The notes: generated by a model not told the origin, from the sequence alone. A DNA stretch of 64,000 nucleotides from an uncultured Gammaproteobacteria bacterium (GCA_964503265.1 CAZCYO010000001.1:25119-89118), one strand, 5' to 3'. Shown: positions 18,601-27,369, numbered from the stretch's first letter. Numbers and translations: made by a program.

Positions 18601-21600
18601 CTATGATGATAGAGGAAATATGACATCGATGAGTGATAGTCTTGGAACAACCTCATACAGTTATGATATTTACAATCGGCTAACGCAGGTAACAGACCCA
18701 AATAGCAAAGTAGTGAGTTATTCCTATGATAATACTGATAATCTAACACAAATTACTTATCCAGGCAGTAAGGTAGTAGCATACGCATATGACAACGCTA
18801 ATCGTATAGAAACAATTACTGATTGGAATAGTCAGCAAACTACTTTTACCTATTTTGATAATGGTCTGATAAAGACTAAAACGCTTCCTAATGGAATAGT
18901 TAGTAGTTACACCTATGATAATGCAAATAGATTAAGTTCTGTTCAGCACACAAAAAGTTCAACTGTACTTGCAAAATTTGACTATGCAAGAAATGCAGTT
19001 GGAGGGATTATAACAGCGACTGAAAGTGGGACATTATTACCAACTACACCTACTTCTTCACCTTCTGCTGTTACTGTGAGTAATTTAGCTACAATGAGTA
19101 GCGTTACAAGTGCTAGTTCATATACGACATCTTCTATCTCACCATCAGCGAATAAATTATTATTACTGACAGTTGCTAGTAGGACAGGAATTACTGCTAA
19201 TCCAAACCAGCCAACCGTAACAGGAAATGGATTAACATGGGTTGCTGTCGATAGCCGAGTATATGATGATACGAGTAGTAGCAGAAGGAGAATAACTCTA
19301 TTTCGAGCAATGGGTACTAGCCCAACAAGTGGGACATTATCAATAGATTTTGGTGGACAGACACAGACAAATTATTCAGCTGTTGTTGATCAAGTAAGTG
19401 GTATGGATACATCTGGGACTAATGGATCAGGAGCTATCGTTCAATCTGCTAATAATTATGACAGTAGTAGTTCTTCATCTACATTATCTGTAACATTAGC
19501 AGCTTTTGGAAATACAAATAATGCAACATATGGAACATTTGCCAATGGAGATGGAGTTGCAGATCCGACTGCTGGTTCAGGATTCACCCAATATGGAGAA
19601 GTAACTGATTCAAATAATGCAATTAAAGTTTTATCAGAATTTAAGAGTACTAATGATACAAGTGTAGATATTGATTGGAATGATCCTTCGGAATTAGGGG
19701 GAATTGCTGTAGAAATAAAAGCGGGTAGTACAAGTAGTTACGAAACTGTCTCCGCATCTAATCTGATATCAGGAAGTACAACAAATGTGAATAGTTCCTC
19801 TACTGCATCTATTTCGCCAAGTGCAAATAAACTTGAGTTGTTAACTGTATCAAGCAGAACTGATATTTCTGCTAATCCAAATCAGCCAACTGTAACAGGA
19901 AATGGACTAACATGGGTTGCGGTAAACAGTATTGTTTATGATACTACTAGCACTAGTCGAAGAAGAGTTACCTTATTTAGAGCGATGGGTGCAAGCCCTA
20001 CATCTGGTGCACTTTCCATAGATTTTAGTGGACAAACGCAAACTGATATAACTTGGTCAGTGGATGAGTTATCTGGTGTCGATACAACAGGGACTAGTGG
20101 CTCAGGTGCAATTGTTCAATCTGCAACGAATAAAGATGAGACAGGATCCGCAACATCATTAGCAATTACCTTGTCTTCATTTGGAAATACAGCAAATGCT
20201 ACGTATGCCGGGATTGGTAAAGATGGAAATACTTCGGCTACAGCTGGTTCAGGTTTTACTATTTCTTCAGATGTTGCATCTTCGACAAATGTAGGTACTA
20301 GCACTCAATGGAAAAACACTAATGATACCTCAGTAGATATTTCATATGCTAGTTCTGTTTTAGTTGGAGGAATTGCTGTAGAAATTAAGGCGGGTACTTC
20401 ATCATCAGTATATCCGAATATCTCTTTATCGAATAAGACAACTGGATCTAACTCGTCTGGAGTTAATTCAGCAAATACATCATCTATTTCACCGTCTGCG
20501 AATAAATTACAGTTGTTAACTGTCGCTAGTAGAACGGCTATTACTGCAAATCCAAATCAACCTACAGTTTCAGGCAATGGATTAACATGGACTGCAGTAA
20601 ACAGCGTAGTATATGATGACTCAAGTAGCAGTAGAAGGAGAATCAGTGTATTTCGTGCGTTAGGAGCCAGTCCATCTTCAGGAGCAATTACAATAAGTTT
20701 TGGTGGGCAAACACAAACAGATATAGACTGGTCTTTAGATGAAGCAAGTAATGTTGATACAAGTGGAAGTAATGGATCCGGGGCAATAGTTCAATCAGCG
20801 ACAAATTATGATGCCAGTGGAACAGCATCTACTCTATCAGTTTCATTAAGTAGCTTCGGAAGTAATAGTAATGCAACATTTGGTGCTTTTGCAAATGGAT
20901 ATGGATTAGCAAATCCGACTGTAGGGTCAGGGTTTACAAAATATGGGGAACTCGCTGATTCAAATAATAATATAAAAGTTCTTACTGAATTTAAAAATAG
21001 TAATGATACTAGTATTGATATAAATTGGAATGATAATTCGGAACTCGGTGGTATAGCGATAGAATTAAAAGCTGCAGGAGTTCAATCAAATACTACTCAG
21101 TTCACATATGATTCAGTTCATAGATTACTGACAACGACATTTCCAGCTAATTCATTTGTGTACACATATGACGCGGTAGGAAATAGATTAACGAATACTA
21201 AAGATGGAGTACAGACTACAGCAACATTTAACGATGATAATAAGCTAACGCAATTTGGTTCTACGAGTTACTCGTATGATAACAATGGAAATAGGACTGC
21301 AGCTGGAAGTAAGACAATCGCATATAATTTAGAAAATAAGGTTGCTACTCAATCTGCGAGTGGGGATCCAACGATAGAGTTTACATATGATGGAAATGGG
21401 AAGAGGTTAGGGCAGAAAGTAAATGGGACACAGACTAGAAGATATATTAATGACATCTCAGGAAGTCTAGAAAAAGTACTTATCACACAAGATCTCCAAA
21501 ATAGCACAGATAACTACTACCTCTATGGAAACGGCCTGGTTAGTGAAGGAGGAGTAAGTTCAGGTAATCGTAATTATTATCTCGAGGATGGATTAGGCAA

Positions 21601-22246
21601 CATACGAGCTATTACAGATAGCAGCGGAAACTCACTCGATACCATGACATATGATCCCTATGGAAATCTCCTCACCGGATCAAGCTCAGCAGAATTTAAA
21701 TTCAAAGGAGAACAACTAAACACCGATACAAGCCTCTACTACATGCGTGCCAGATACTATGATCCAACCACAGGAACATTCACCTCAAAAGACCCGCACG
21801 AAGGAGATCTAAATAATCCAAACTCACAGAATGGCTATGACTATGCAAATGGTGATCCTATTAATCTGAATGATCCATCTGGAGAGCTAGTATTTGCAGA
21901 TGATGCAATTTTTATTGGAGCAGCAGCGTGTGCAGGAGTGTATGTTTATGCTACTAATCCAGCTGTTAAATCTGCTGTAAATACAACTGTCAGCACGACA
22001 ATTAATCAAATTATAGGAGGTATAAATACTTTACTTGATGAATCTAGAAATCCAAAACAAGATACAAAGTTGAGTGAAGGTGAGATAAAGAAACTACAAA
22101 ACGGTGGTCAAGATATTCATGATATTAAAGGCGGTGATAGTGGCAAGGATCTTTTTAAAGATCCAAAGACGGGCGAAATTTATATTAAGCCTAAAAACGG
22201 TGCAGGACCAGGTGACGAAACAGGGTTAAATATCAATGATTTTTAA
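15623..22246 (+). CDS. giant RHS/YD-repeat polymorphic toxin protein with Sec signal peptide
   Basis: Signal peptide; dozens of YD repeats (YTYD..GN.T..TD); RHS core YYMRARYYDPTTGTFTSKDP then DPSGEL; ~115-aa variable C-terminus; alternative ATG at 15641 (MNKRIKL...). Confidence 0.85.
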   Translation: MIEKIAMNKRIKLVISIVLNATLLLTSYLPGFTLLFSPQIADAANSCVSYGGGSAAVLNAKVGGVALDQAATFLADMDDIKGAYYDSVKDRIVFIGKENTSLPEFNKDDLAVAIKSVIFKGVLPAVSIEKYEGDPFGPKQRAIYYGGIENTQFGKTLMDADIKLKEFVHGYDKDENPVSTSVSGYESHFQRWLDQTPGLTESNASRWVIRPKLVSLKRDTSTNSFVFNDVQMEVYTEAMSASNSAKWNTAASDFATHHSLHFDDFAQEIPAYADAKQLGKIVAVIKWLSDNGIPSDFAWASDYAPTIVSTPTEVDTVITPEIDGWRLYGGLEYYTPNTYTTDSSTSASFKTASENINAPKEDIHWTFTKDGQTYESVAVAADAFRSIGAYSTSVTDMSFPMTGDSSLSFTRSYSSFSGAQNGCGRGWSFMPAALTDNNPSADGVIIGTCPNDTFNHRYKVAFNSNTGIRETFTNYCVSNTSTYLPDESVFHSSITVTSTSSALTVLKVKQKDQSEYEFHDIYLDPNQYTRTNMRLVAYRDKNGNKTNYNYDSSNKLTSISDDRGHQLAITYNGSNLISSVKDWTNREVSYGYDSQGNLTSVTDPNGETKQYGYNDNYKLSSITDRLGHTILTNTYNDDARLATQVNSGSVSATFTYDDTHRVATTSSTLSRVQTIKYDEKARILEQIDPLNNKTTYTYGTEYAPLTVTDRRNHTTTNTYDSNGNVTSVTDPYSKTVTYTYDGSNRITQISDGRYGASPKVSKFTYDGSGNLTQASESGRITNFTYDSYGEMLTKTDPLTHVMTWTRDSFGNKLTETNDLSKTTTFEYDTLARLKKSTDSEGKFQTFSYDYNNNVLTSTNSAGITTNEYTKENKLKKVTLPDGTITQFTYNNAGSLSSVQDALNNTTTYGYDQYQNITSNLNALNKTTSYTYDKLNRRTGSTTPLSKVTALEYDANGNITKRTDANNKDTLYQYDNLNRLTQISYSDNKIVNYTYDDRGNMTSMSDSLGTTSYSYDIYNRLTQVTDPNSKVVSYSYDNTDNLTQITYPGSKVVAYAYDNANRIETITDWNSQQTTFTYFDNGLIKTKTLPNGIVSSYTYDNANRLSSVQHTKSSTVLAKFDYARNAVGGIITATESGTLLPTTPTSSPSAVTVSNLATMSSVTSASSYTTSSISPSANKLLLLTVASRTGITANPNQPTVTGNGLTWVAVDSRVYDDTSSSRRRITLFRAMGTSPTSGTLSIDFGGQTQTNYSAVVDQVSGMDTSGTNGSGAIVQSANNYDSSSSSSTLSVTLAAFGNTNNATYGTFANGDGVADPTAGSGFTQYGEVTDSNNAIKVLSEFKSTNDTSVDIDWNDPSELGGIAVEIKAGSTSSYETVSASNLISGSTTNVNSSSTASISPSANKLELLTVSSRTDISANPNQPTVTGNGLTWVAVNSIVYDTTSTSRRRVTLFRAMGASPTSGALSIDFSGQTQTDITWSVDELSGVDTTGTSGSGAIVQSATNKDETGSATSLAITLSSFGNTANATYAGIGKDGNTSATAGSGFTISSDVASSTNVGTSTQWKNTNDTSVDISYASSVLVGGIAVEIKAGTSSSVYPNISLSNKTTGSNSSGVNSANTSSISPSANKLQLLTVASRTAITANPNQPTVSGNGLTWTAVNSVVYDDSSSSRRRISVFRALGASPSSGAITISFGGQTQTDIDWSLDEASNVDTSGSNGSGAIVQSATNYDASGTASTLSVSLSSFGSNSNATFGAFANGYGLANPTVGSGFTKYGELADSNNNIKVLTEFKNSNDTSIDINWNDNSELGGIAIELKAAGVQSNTTQFTYDSVHRLLTTTFPANSFVYTYDAVGNRLTNTKDGVQTTATFNDDNKLTQFGSTSYSYDNNGNRTAAGSKTIAYNLENKVATQSASGDPTIEFTYDGNGKRLGQKVNGTQTRRYINDISGSLEKVLITQDLQNSTDNYYLYGNGLVSEGGVSSGNRNYYLEDGLGNIRAITDSSGNSLDTMTYDPYGNLLTGSSSAEFKFKGEQLNTDTSLYYMRARYYDPTTGTFTSKDPHEGDLNNPNSQNGYDYANGDPINLNDPSGELVFADDAIFIGAAACAGVYVYATNPAVKSAVNTTVSTTINQIIGGINTLLDESRNPKQDTKLSEGEIKKLQNGGQDIHDIKGGDSGKDLFKDPKTGEIYIKPKNGAGPGDETGLNINDF
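19135..21075 (+). repeat. three tandem ~670-nt (~224-aa) intragenic repeats inside the RHS gene
   Basis: SISPSANKL.LLTV.SRT.I.ANPNQPTV.GNGLTW.AV.S.VYD..S.SRRR...FRA.G.SP.SG...I.F.GQTQT ... GGIA.E.KA recurs at ~19135, ~19808, ~20482. Confidence 0.7.
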
Positions 22247-22993
22247 TTGCGTGATATAATGCTTCATATGTTCAACGATCCTGGGCTAAAAAACGAGAGT
22301 ACTGCGTGGCTTAATATTATTGGATTTGATATGAATCCAGATGAAATAACTAAAGAAGTCGGCGTTAATCCAACAAAAACTAGAATAAAAGGTGAATACC
22401 GAACTGTCGGTACAAAAACGCCGAGAAAAATTATTAATAAGGAGAATCAATGGATTTTAGAGTCAAGTTTATCTCGTAAGTTACCATTAGAAAAGCATTT
22501 GGAGCATCTGCTTGATAAAATAAAATTCCATAAAGACAGCTTTAAATATCTTACAAAAAGCTGCACTGTTGAGCTGAATAGTGCTTTATATTACTACGAA
22601 GCCAATCCAGGGCTTTCTTTTGAAACTGAACTTCTTAAGGAAATAGCAGATTTTGATATTTCATTAAATCTTGATATATACTGTCTAGCTGGAACAGTTC
22701 TTGAGCTAGAACAACCGAAAGTTGTTAGGCATTTAAAAAAACATTTGTCTGAAGTAAAGTTTCTTTTGAATGGTACTAAAGAAAATGAAGTAAATTATAT
22801 TTTAGAAAGTTTGAAGGGTATAGAAGAATCCGCCTATGCTATTCAGAGTGATTATATGCACGATTTGATTTGGACTGAAAAGCTCGAAGATGAAAGGTAC
22901 GAAGAAACTCTATTAAAAATAGCTAAGGAAATAAATAACATTAATAACTATGTAAAGAAATCTAAATATTTATCTTCATTAGTGAATAAATGA
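22247..22993 (+). CDS. candidate immunity protein, DUF4279-like N-domain
   Basis: Starts immediately after RHS stop (TTG; ATG at 22259/22268); ...PDEITK..G..PTK...KGE...G.......W.L.S... pattern recalled from DUF4279; family assignment unverified. Confidence 0.4.
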   Translation: MRDIMLHMFNDPGLKNESTAWLNIIGFDMNPDEITKEVGVNPTKTRIKGEYRTVGTKTPRKIINKENQWILESSLSRKLPLEKHLEHLLDKIKFHKDSFKYLTKSCTVELNSALYYYEANPGLSFETELLKEIADFDISLNLDIYCLAGTVLELEQPKVVRHLKKHLSEVKFLLNGTKENEVNYILESLKGIEESAYAIQSDYMHDLIWTEKLEDERYEETLLKIAKEINNINNYVKKSKYLSSLVNK

Positions 22994-23108
22994 GTGATTT
23001 AGTATTTAATATTTTTATTAGTTTATTTGGACTATTTTTTGCTATACAGTTTAAAAAAATGGAGAAAGAGATTCTTAAACCAATAGGTTTATAGTATAAT
23101 CAAAAAAA

Positions 23109-23594
23109 ATGAGTCGTTTAAAAATTGGCGATATTTTCGAAATCCCATTATCTAATAACAAAAAAGCATATGGACAGTATATTTATTTAGATTTTTTTGG
23201 ACCTTTAATACGGGTATTTAATCTCATAGTAGATGTAAATAAGCAGGTGGACATAGATGTTATTACCTCTTGCAAATTACTTTTCCCCCCAGTTTATACA
23301 GGTGTTAAAGCTGCAATCAAAAATGGCATGTGGAGCGTGATAGGGAACAAAGAAATACATGAATTTGTATTTCCGGGGTTTGTAAGAACATTTCAAGACT
23401 TAAATACAGGTGATGCAACAATTTGGTTTTTATGGGATGGGAAAAACAACGTACGAATTGGTAAAAAACTTTCTGATGATATGAAAAAATTTGAGTTTCT
23501 TGCGATATATTCTCCCGATTTAATTGAAAAAAGGATTATTAGCAAGGAAAAACCATATCAAGATTTAATTCTTACAAATAAATTAGCAAATTAG
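23109..23594 (+). CDS. hypothetical protein, candidate immunity/orphan immunity gene
   Basis: 161 aa, KIGDIFEIPL..NKKAYGQYI N-terminus similar in style to predicted immunity families; context only. Confidence 0.3.
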   Translation: MSRLKIGDIFEIPLSNNKKAYGQYIYLDFFGPLIRVFNLIVDVNKQVDIDVITSCKLLFPPVYTGVKAAIKNGMWSVIGNKEIHEFVFPGFVRTFQDLNTGDATIWFLWDGKNNVRIGKKLSDDMKKFEFLAIYSPDLIEKRIISKEKPYQDLILTNKLAN

Positions 23595-23595
23595 A

Positions 23596-23928
23596 ATGAT
23601 ACTCTCTCTACCTGCACGAATACGACAAGAATCAATAAAAAAACTTGTTGAAGTAGCAACCTTAATGGAATCAAATAAAATTAATTTGATAGAAGGTAGT
23701 AGACATATTAATAGATTACGTCATTATACAGAAGATGCTAATGATGATCTTTTTACTATTTTTATTTTAGTGAACTCAGACACAGATGATATACCACTTA
23801 ACGAAACCAGAAAAAACTTTAGTAAAGCACTTTTAGAAGAAAAAGATAAAAAAATGGTTGATTACTTAGCTAATATGAAACCTACTATTTTGCAAGGTTG
23901 TAAAGAAATTATAAAAAAGTTCTCCTAA
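23596..23928 (+). CDS. hypothetical small helical protein
   Basis: 110 aa, starts 2 nt after previous stop. Confidence 0.3.
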   Translation: MILSLPARIRQESIKKLVEVATLMESNKINLIEGSRHINRLRHYTEDANDDLFTIFILVNSDTDDIPLNETRKNFSKALLEEKDKKMVDYLANMKPTILQGCKEIIKKFS

Positions 23929-23987
23929 AATAATATAGCGATTTGAAACCGTCTCTAAAATTAACCTCTGCTATAATACCATCCATT

Positions 23988-24512
23988 ATGAAAATTAGTT
24001 TTATTACAAAGTTATCTGTTGAAAACTGTATTAAAAAAATTAGTGATAACGCTGAGAGAAATACGTTTATGGCGAGCTTTTCTCGTTTATGGGATTACGA
24101 AAAGACATTTTTTTATCGTATAAAGGGGAATACTTTTCGACTAGAAAAAGTTAATTATTATAGAAACTCATTCAAACCAGTCTTTTATGGAAAATTAATT
24201 AAAGAAAATAATGGAACGAGGATAGAAGGTTATTTTGGAATTCATCAAGCTGTTAAACTGTTCATGATATTTTGGTTTCTAGGGGTAACAATTTTGAGCC
24301 TTATCCCCGCACTTAATGCGATTGATGATCTTTTTATTCCTTCAAAAATAGTTCCCGGCCATCTTACTGCAAATCCGCTTTTGGCATTGTCTATACCGTT
24401 TATATTTATTGGATTTGGAATATTAATAATTTTTATCGGAAAATATTTTGGGGAAAAAGATGAAAATGAAATAGTCGAATTTATTAAATCTAAGCTAGAA
24501 GTAATTTCTTAA
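23988..24512 (+). CDS. hypothetical membrane protein (2 C-terminal TM)
   Basis: ATG 23988 preceded by tataat; track ORF begins at TTG 23943. Confidence 0.3.
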   Translation: MKISFITKLSVENCIKKISDNAERNTFMASFSRLWDYEKTFFYRIKGNTFRLEKVNYYRNSFKPVFYGKLIKENNGTRIEGYFGIHQAVKLFMIFWFLGVTILSLIPALNAIDDLFIPSKIVPGHLTANPLLALSIPFIFIGFGILIIFIGKYFGEKDENEIVEFIKSKLEVIS

Positions 24513-25207
24513 TATACTTGAATATTTTTTGAATCTGTTACATTAACCGTGTTACTGCACTTATCTTCCTCTCCTGTCACTATCACACTTTTCCCTTCAT
24601 ACAAATTCGGAGAAAATGAGCTATTTATCGGGAGATGGAGGACTGAGCCATTTTGCTTAATTAATACTACTCTTTGTGTGTCTTTATTCTGGACTTGCTT
24701 TCCCTGAAGTATCGTTAGCATGTCTGTCAGGATAGATACTACTGGAATTCTTTTCGCAGTATCTACTGCTGTTAAAATCCGGAGGGTTCCAACCTCTGAT
24801 TGTATACCTTTCGAACATAATGCATGTGTTCCGCCAAAGAATCCAAATGTTCCAATCACTAAGACAATTCCCGCGAGTCCTAAAGATCCTTTCAATGTAA
24901 AACTAAAGGCTTTTTGTTTTTTAATTTCTTCAAGCAGTGCTGAAATTTTACGCAGAGGATTGCCGACATGGACATCAAGAAGATCGTCATTTGTTACTTT
25001 GTGATCGACTCCTATGCCATGGGGGAGAAGGGCATCTAGTACTGGATACTTTTGGCTAGTAGTTATGGGTGATTGGTTGTTTGGCAGAAAGGATGGATCT
25101 GTGTGATCAACGTGAACAAAATGGCCGTGTGCATCATGAGGATGCTTGGGGCCAGATAGTGTTCTACCATCAATATCTTCTGATAATTTAGCAGATGACT
25201 CATCCAT
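24509..25207 (-). CDS. His-rich single-TM protein, unknown function
   Basis: HPHDAHGHFVHVDH N-terminal His cluster, central TM, beta-rich C-domain. Confidence 0.35.
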   Translation of the reverse strand: MDESSAKLSEDIDGRTLSGPKHPHDAHGHFVHVDHTDPSFLPNNQSPITTSQKYPVLDALLPHGIGVDHKVTNDDLLDVHVGNPLRKISALLEEIKKQKAFSFTLKGSLGLAGIVLVIGTFGFFGGTHALCSKGIQSEVGTLRILTAVDTAKRIPVVSILTDMLTILQGKQVQNKDTQRVVLIKQNGSVLHLPINSSFSPNLYEGKSVIVTGEEDKCSNTVNVTDSKNIQVY

Positions 25208-25263
25208 ATAAAAAGCGTAAAACTTTTTTGTTCAATTTGCAAGAACAACACTTTAGTTGCCTG

Positions 25264-25290
25264 GATCCCAGATCAAGTCTGGGATGACAT
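25264..25290. repeat. hairpin repeat of GTCATTCCCG family (variant, reverse orientation)
   Basis: ggatcccagatcaagtctgggatgacat = reverse complement of a variant of gtcattcccgacttgatcgggaatc at 47861. Confidence 0.6.
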
Positions 25291-25292
25291 CA

Positions 25293-25457
25293 ATATGGGG
25301 GATATGGTCAAAGTATGGGCCAGATATGGCTAGGCTTAAAGTACCATAGTTATGGTGATATGGTGGCGATATGGTTATTTGGGCGTCAAATCAAGCTAAT
25401 TATGGTGTCGATATAATTTCTAACTTGTCACCACAAATTGATATGGTGGAAATATGG
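25293..25457. promoter_or_regulatory. array of ~10 (A/T)TATGG(T/C) direct repeats, many spaced ~11 bp
   Basis: atatgg at 25293,25302,25324,25358,25369,25441,25452 plus gtatgg 25313 and tatgg 25351,25401; lies upstream of 24509..25207 and 3' of the OmpR-type RR gene. Confidence 0.5.
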
Positions 25458-25554
25458 CTTGAATAGGTGATTAGTTATTTGTTACTAGTGATTAGACAAA
25501 AAGGAAAATCATATAGATTCTCCCGGTGTACACTGAGGGGAATGACATAGTGGA

Positions 25555-26226
25555 TTACTCTCTAATAACGTAGCCGAAGCCTCGGACGGAGTGGAGGAGT
25601 TTCTTTTCGTGGCCTTCATCTACTTTTTTTCGTAAGTATCCCATATAGACATCGACAACTCTGGTTTCAACTTCGCTTGAATAAAGCCAAATTCTATTTA
25701 AGATCATTTCACGAGTCAAAATTCTTCCTTTATTACTCATAAGATACTGGAGTAATTTAAATTCTTGGGGAGTGAGTTGGATTTGTTTACCGTTTCGTAT
25801 GACTTCGAGTGTTTTCGCATCGAGAGTTAAGTCGTTTATCGTTAACTTCGTGTCGCCGTTTCCTGTTGAGCGAAGTCTGGCTTTAATTCTAGCTAAAAAT
25901 TCATCTGCCACAAATGGTTTTGTAATGTAATCATCTGCTCCTAAATTAAGTCCTTGGACAATATCACTGACACTGTCTTTGGCGGTTAGAATAATGATTG
26001 GAAGTTCTGGGTATTTTTTGCGAACTTCAGTACAGACTGCTTCTCCAGACATATTCGGAAGTCCGAGATCAAGTACCATCACATCGGGTTCCATTTTTCC
26101 AAGTTGATCAAGTGCTTCAATGCCATCTCCAGCTAATTGGACATTATAGGCATTATCAAGGAGGAGTTCTTTTAAATATTTTTGGAGACCTTTGTCATCT
26201 TCTACCACCAGAATTGTGTACGTCAT
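25555..26226 (-). CDS. OmpR/PhoB-family response regulator
   Basis: REC domain (VEDD...D, DVMVLDLGLP, ILTAKD) + winged-helix (LTPQEFKLLQYL...RVVDVYMGYLRKK). Confidence 0.88.
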   Translation of the reverse strand: MTYTILVVEDDKGLQKYLKELLLDNAYNVQLAGDGIEALDQLGKMEPDVMVLDLGLPNMSGEAVCTEVRKKYPELPIIILTAKDSVSDIVQGLNLGADDYITKPFVADEFLARIKARLRSTGNGDTKLTINDLTLDAKTLEVIRNGKQIQLTPQEFKLLQYLMSNKGRILTREMILNRIWLYSSEVETRVVDVYMGYLRKKVDEGHEKKLLHSVRGFGYVIRE

Positions 26227-26664
26227 ATAATATTCAGTATTATAGCAACAATTCTACGCTTGAACAAACACTTTTACCTCATCTATTACAGTTTTCATAC
26301 ATATGGATAAATATTCGTTATGAGTTGTTGGTATATTCTTACGCATCTATGATCCAAATCTTACTGTTGACTTGACTTAGTACTCACTTTTGTTATACTT
26401 CCTTCACTCCTTTGCTATCACACTGGAGTAACTGATGAGTATCCTGCCAACCATCATATCTCCTGTTTTCACCTTTACCCACTTATGTATTTGTGTGCCG
26501 AGAATTCTTTTTCAGAGTGTTAACGAAACGATATCTCAATTCAGAATAAAGGATGTGATATATAATGATTGAAGAGTTCATACGAAAAATAATTGCGATA
26601 TTCGGCAGTCGACCTCAGCCCGCATATGTAACGGTCGAGGAGTAAGAACGGTACTGAGCGCGTA

Positions 26665-27042
26665 ATGTATAATGTCGATATGAATGGAAAAATATTAGTT
26701 GCAGAAGACGATAGTGCAATAGTAGAGGTAATGAAAATTATTCTTGAAGATGCCAAATATACTGTTTTTACGGCAGATAATAGTCGCGATATTCATTCAC
26801 TTATCAAAAACGAAGATCCACAGCTTTTACTACTCGATATCTGGTTATCTGGTGAAAATGGTGGGGAAATTGCAAAAAGTATTAGAACAGATGAGAAAAC
26901 AGCATCACTTCCAATTGTCATGATTTCGGCAAATAACGAAACAGAACGAATCGCTAAAGAAGTAGGAGCAGCGGGATTTTTACAAAAGCCATTTACCATT
27001 GATGATTTACTTTCGATGGTTAAACAGCACATTCGTGCTTAA
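26665..27042 (+). CDS. single-domain CheY-like response regulator
   Basis: KILVAEDD, LLLLDIWLSG, MISANNE, FLQKPF; no output domain; probable start at MNGKIL (26683). Confidence 0.8.
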   Translation: MYNVDMNGKILVAEDDSAIVEVMKIILEDAKYTVFTADNSRDIHSLIKNEDPQLLLLDIWLSGENGGEIAKSIRTDEKTASLPIVMISANNETERIAKEVGAAGFLQKPFTIDDLLSMVKQHIRA

Positions 27043-27353
27043 TGGTAACAGATTATTTCATTTTCCTTACATCCTTTACGCATTTCTCTTATATAGGTAC
27101 GCTACCATACGTATATGGAAATAATAATGATCGTATGCATGGGAGTTGCAGCGTATGTTTGTGCAAGTATAATACAGATCTCCTAATAATCATGAAAAAA
27201 AAAGAAAAAAGATTCGTATATGAAGATGTCATTTCAGATATAGGTGGAAAGAAGGTTTCATTTCGTGATGTACTTACCAAACGACTTAAAATAGAAACAT
27301 ATTTTTCAGCAGGTGAAGTAATATTTGTAGAATCCTCTCAAGCTTCTAATTAA
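27042..27353 (+). CDS. hypothetical protein
   Basis: 103-aa ORF; weak, possible later start at MKKKEKRF (27190). Confidence 0.25.
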   Translation: MVTDYFIFLTSFTHFSYIGTLPYVYGNNNDRMHGSCSVCLCKYNTDLLIIMKKKEKRFVYEDVISDIGGKKVSFRDVLTKRLKIETYFSAGEVIFVESSQASN

Positions 27354-27369
27354 CTGGTATTATTAGATA

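Noticed and set aside
18558-20304. Minus-strand ORFs within the RHS gene
   Set aside because: Antisense to strongly supported giant CDS
25293-25457. Possible CRISPR array
   Set aside because: Repeat unit only 6-8 nt with 9-11-bp period and no unique spacers; no cas genes nearby
26566-26646. 26-aa ORF MIEEFIRKIIAIFGSRPQPAYVTVEE upstream of receiver gene
   Set aside because: Too short and no SD; possibly a leader peptide but unsupported
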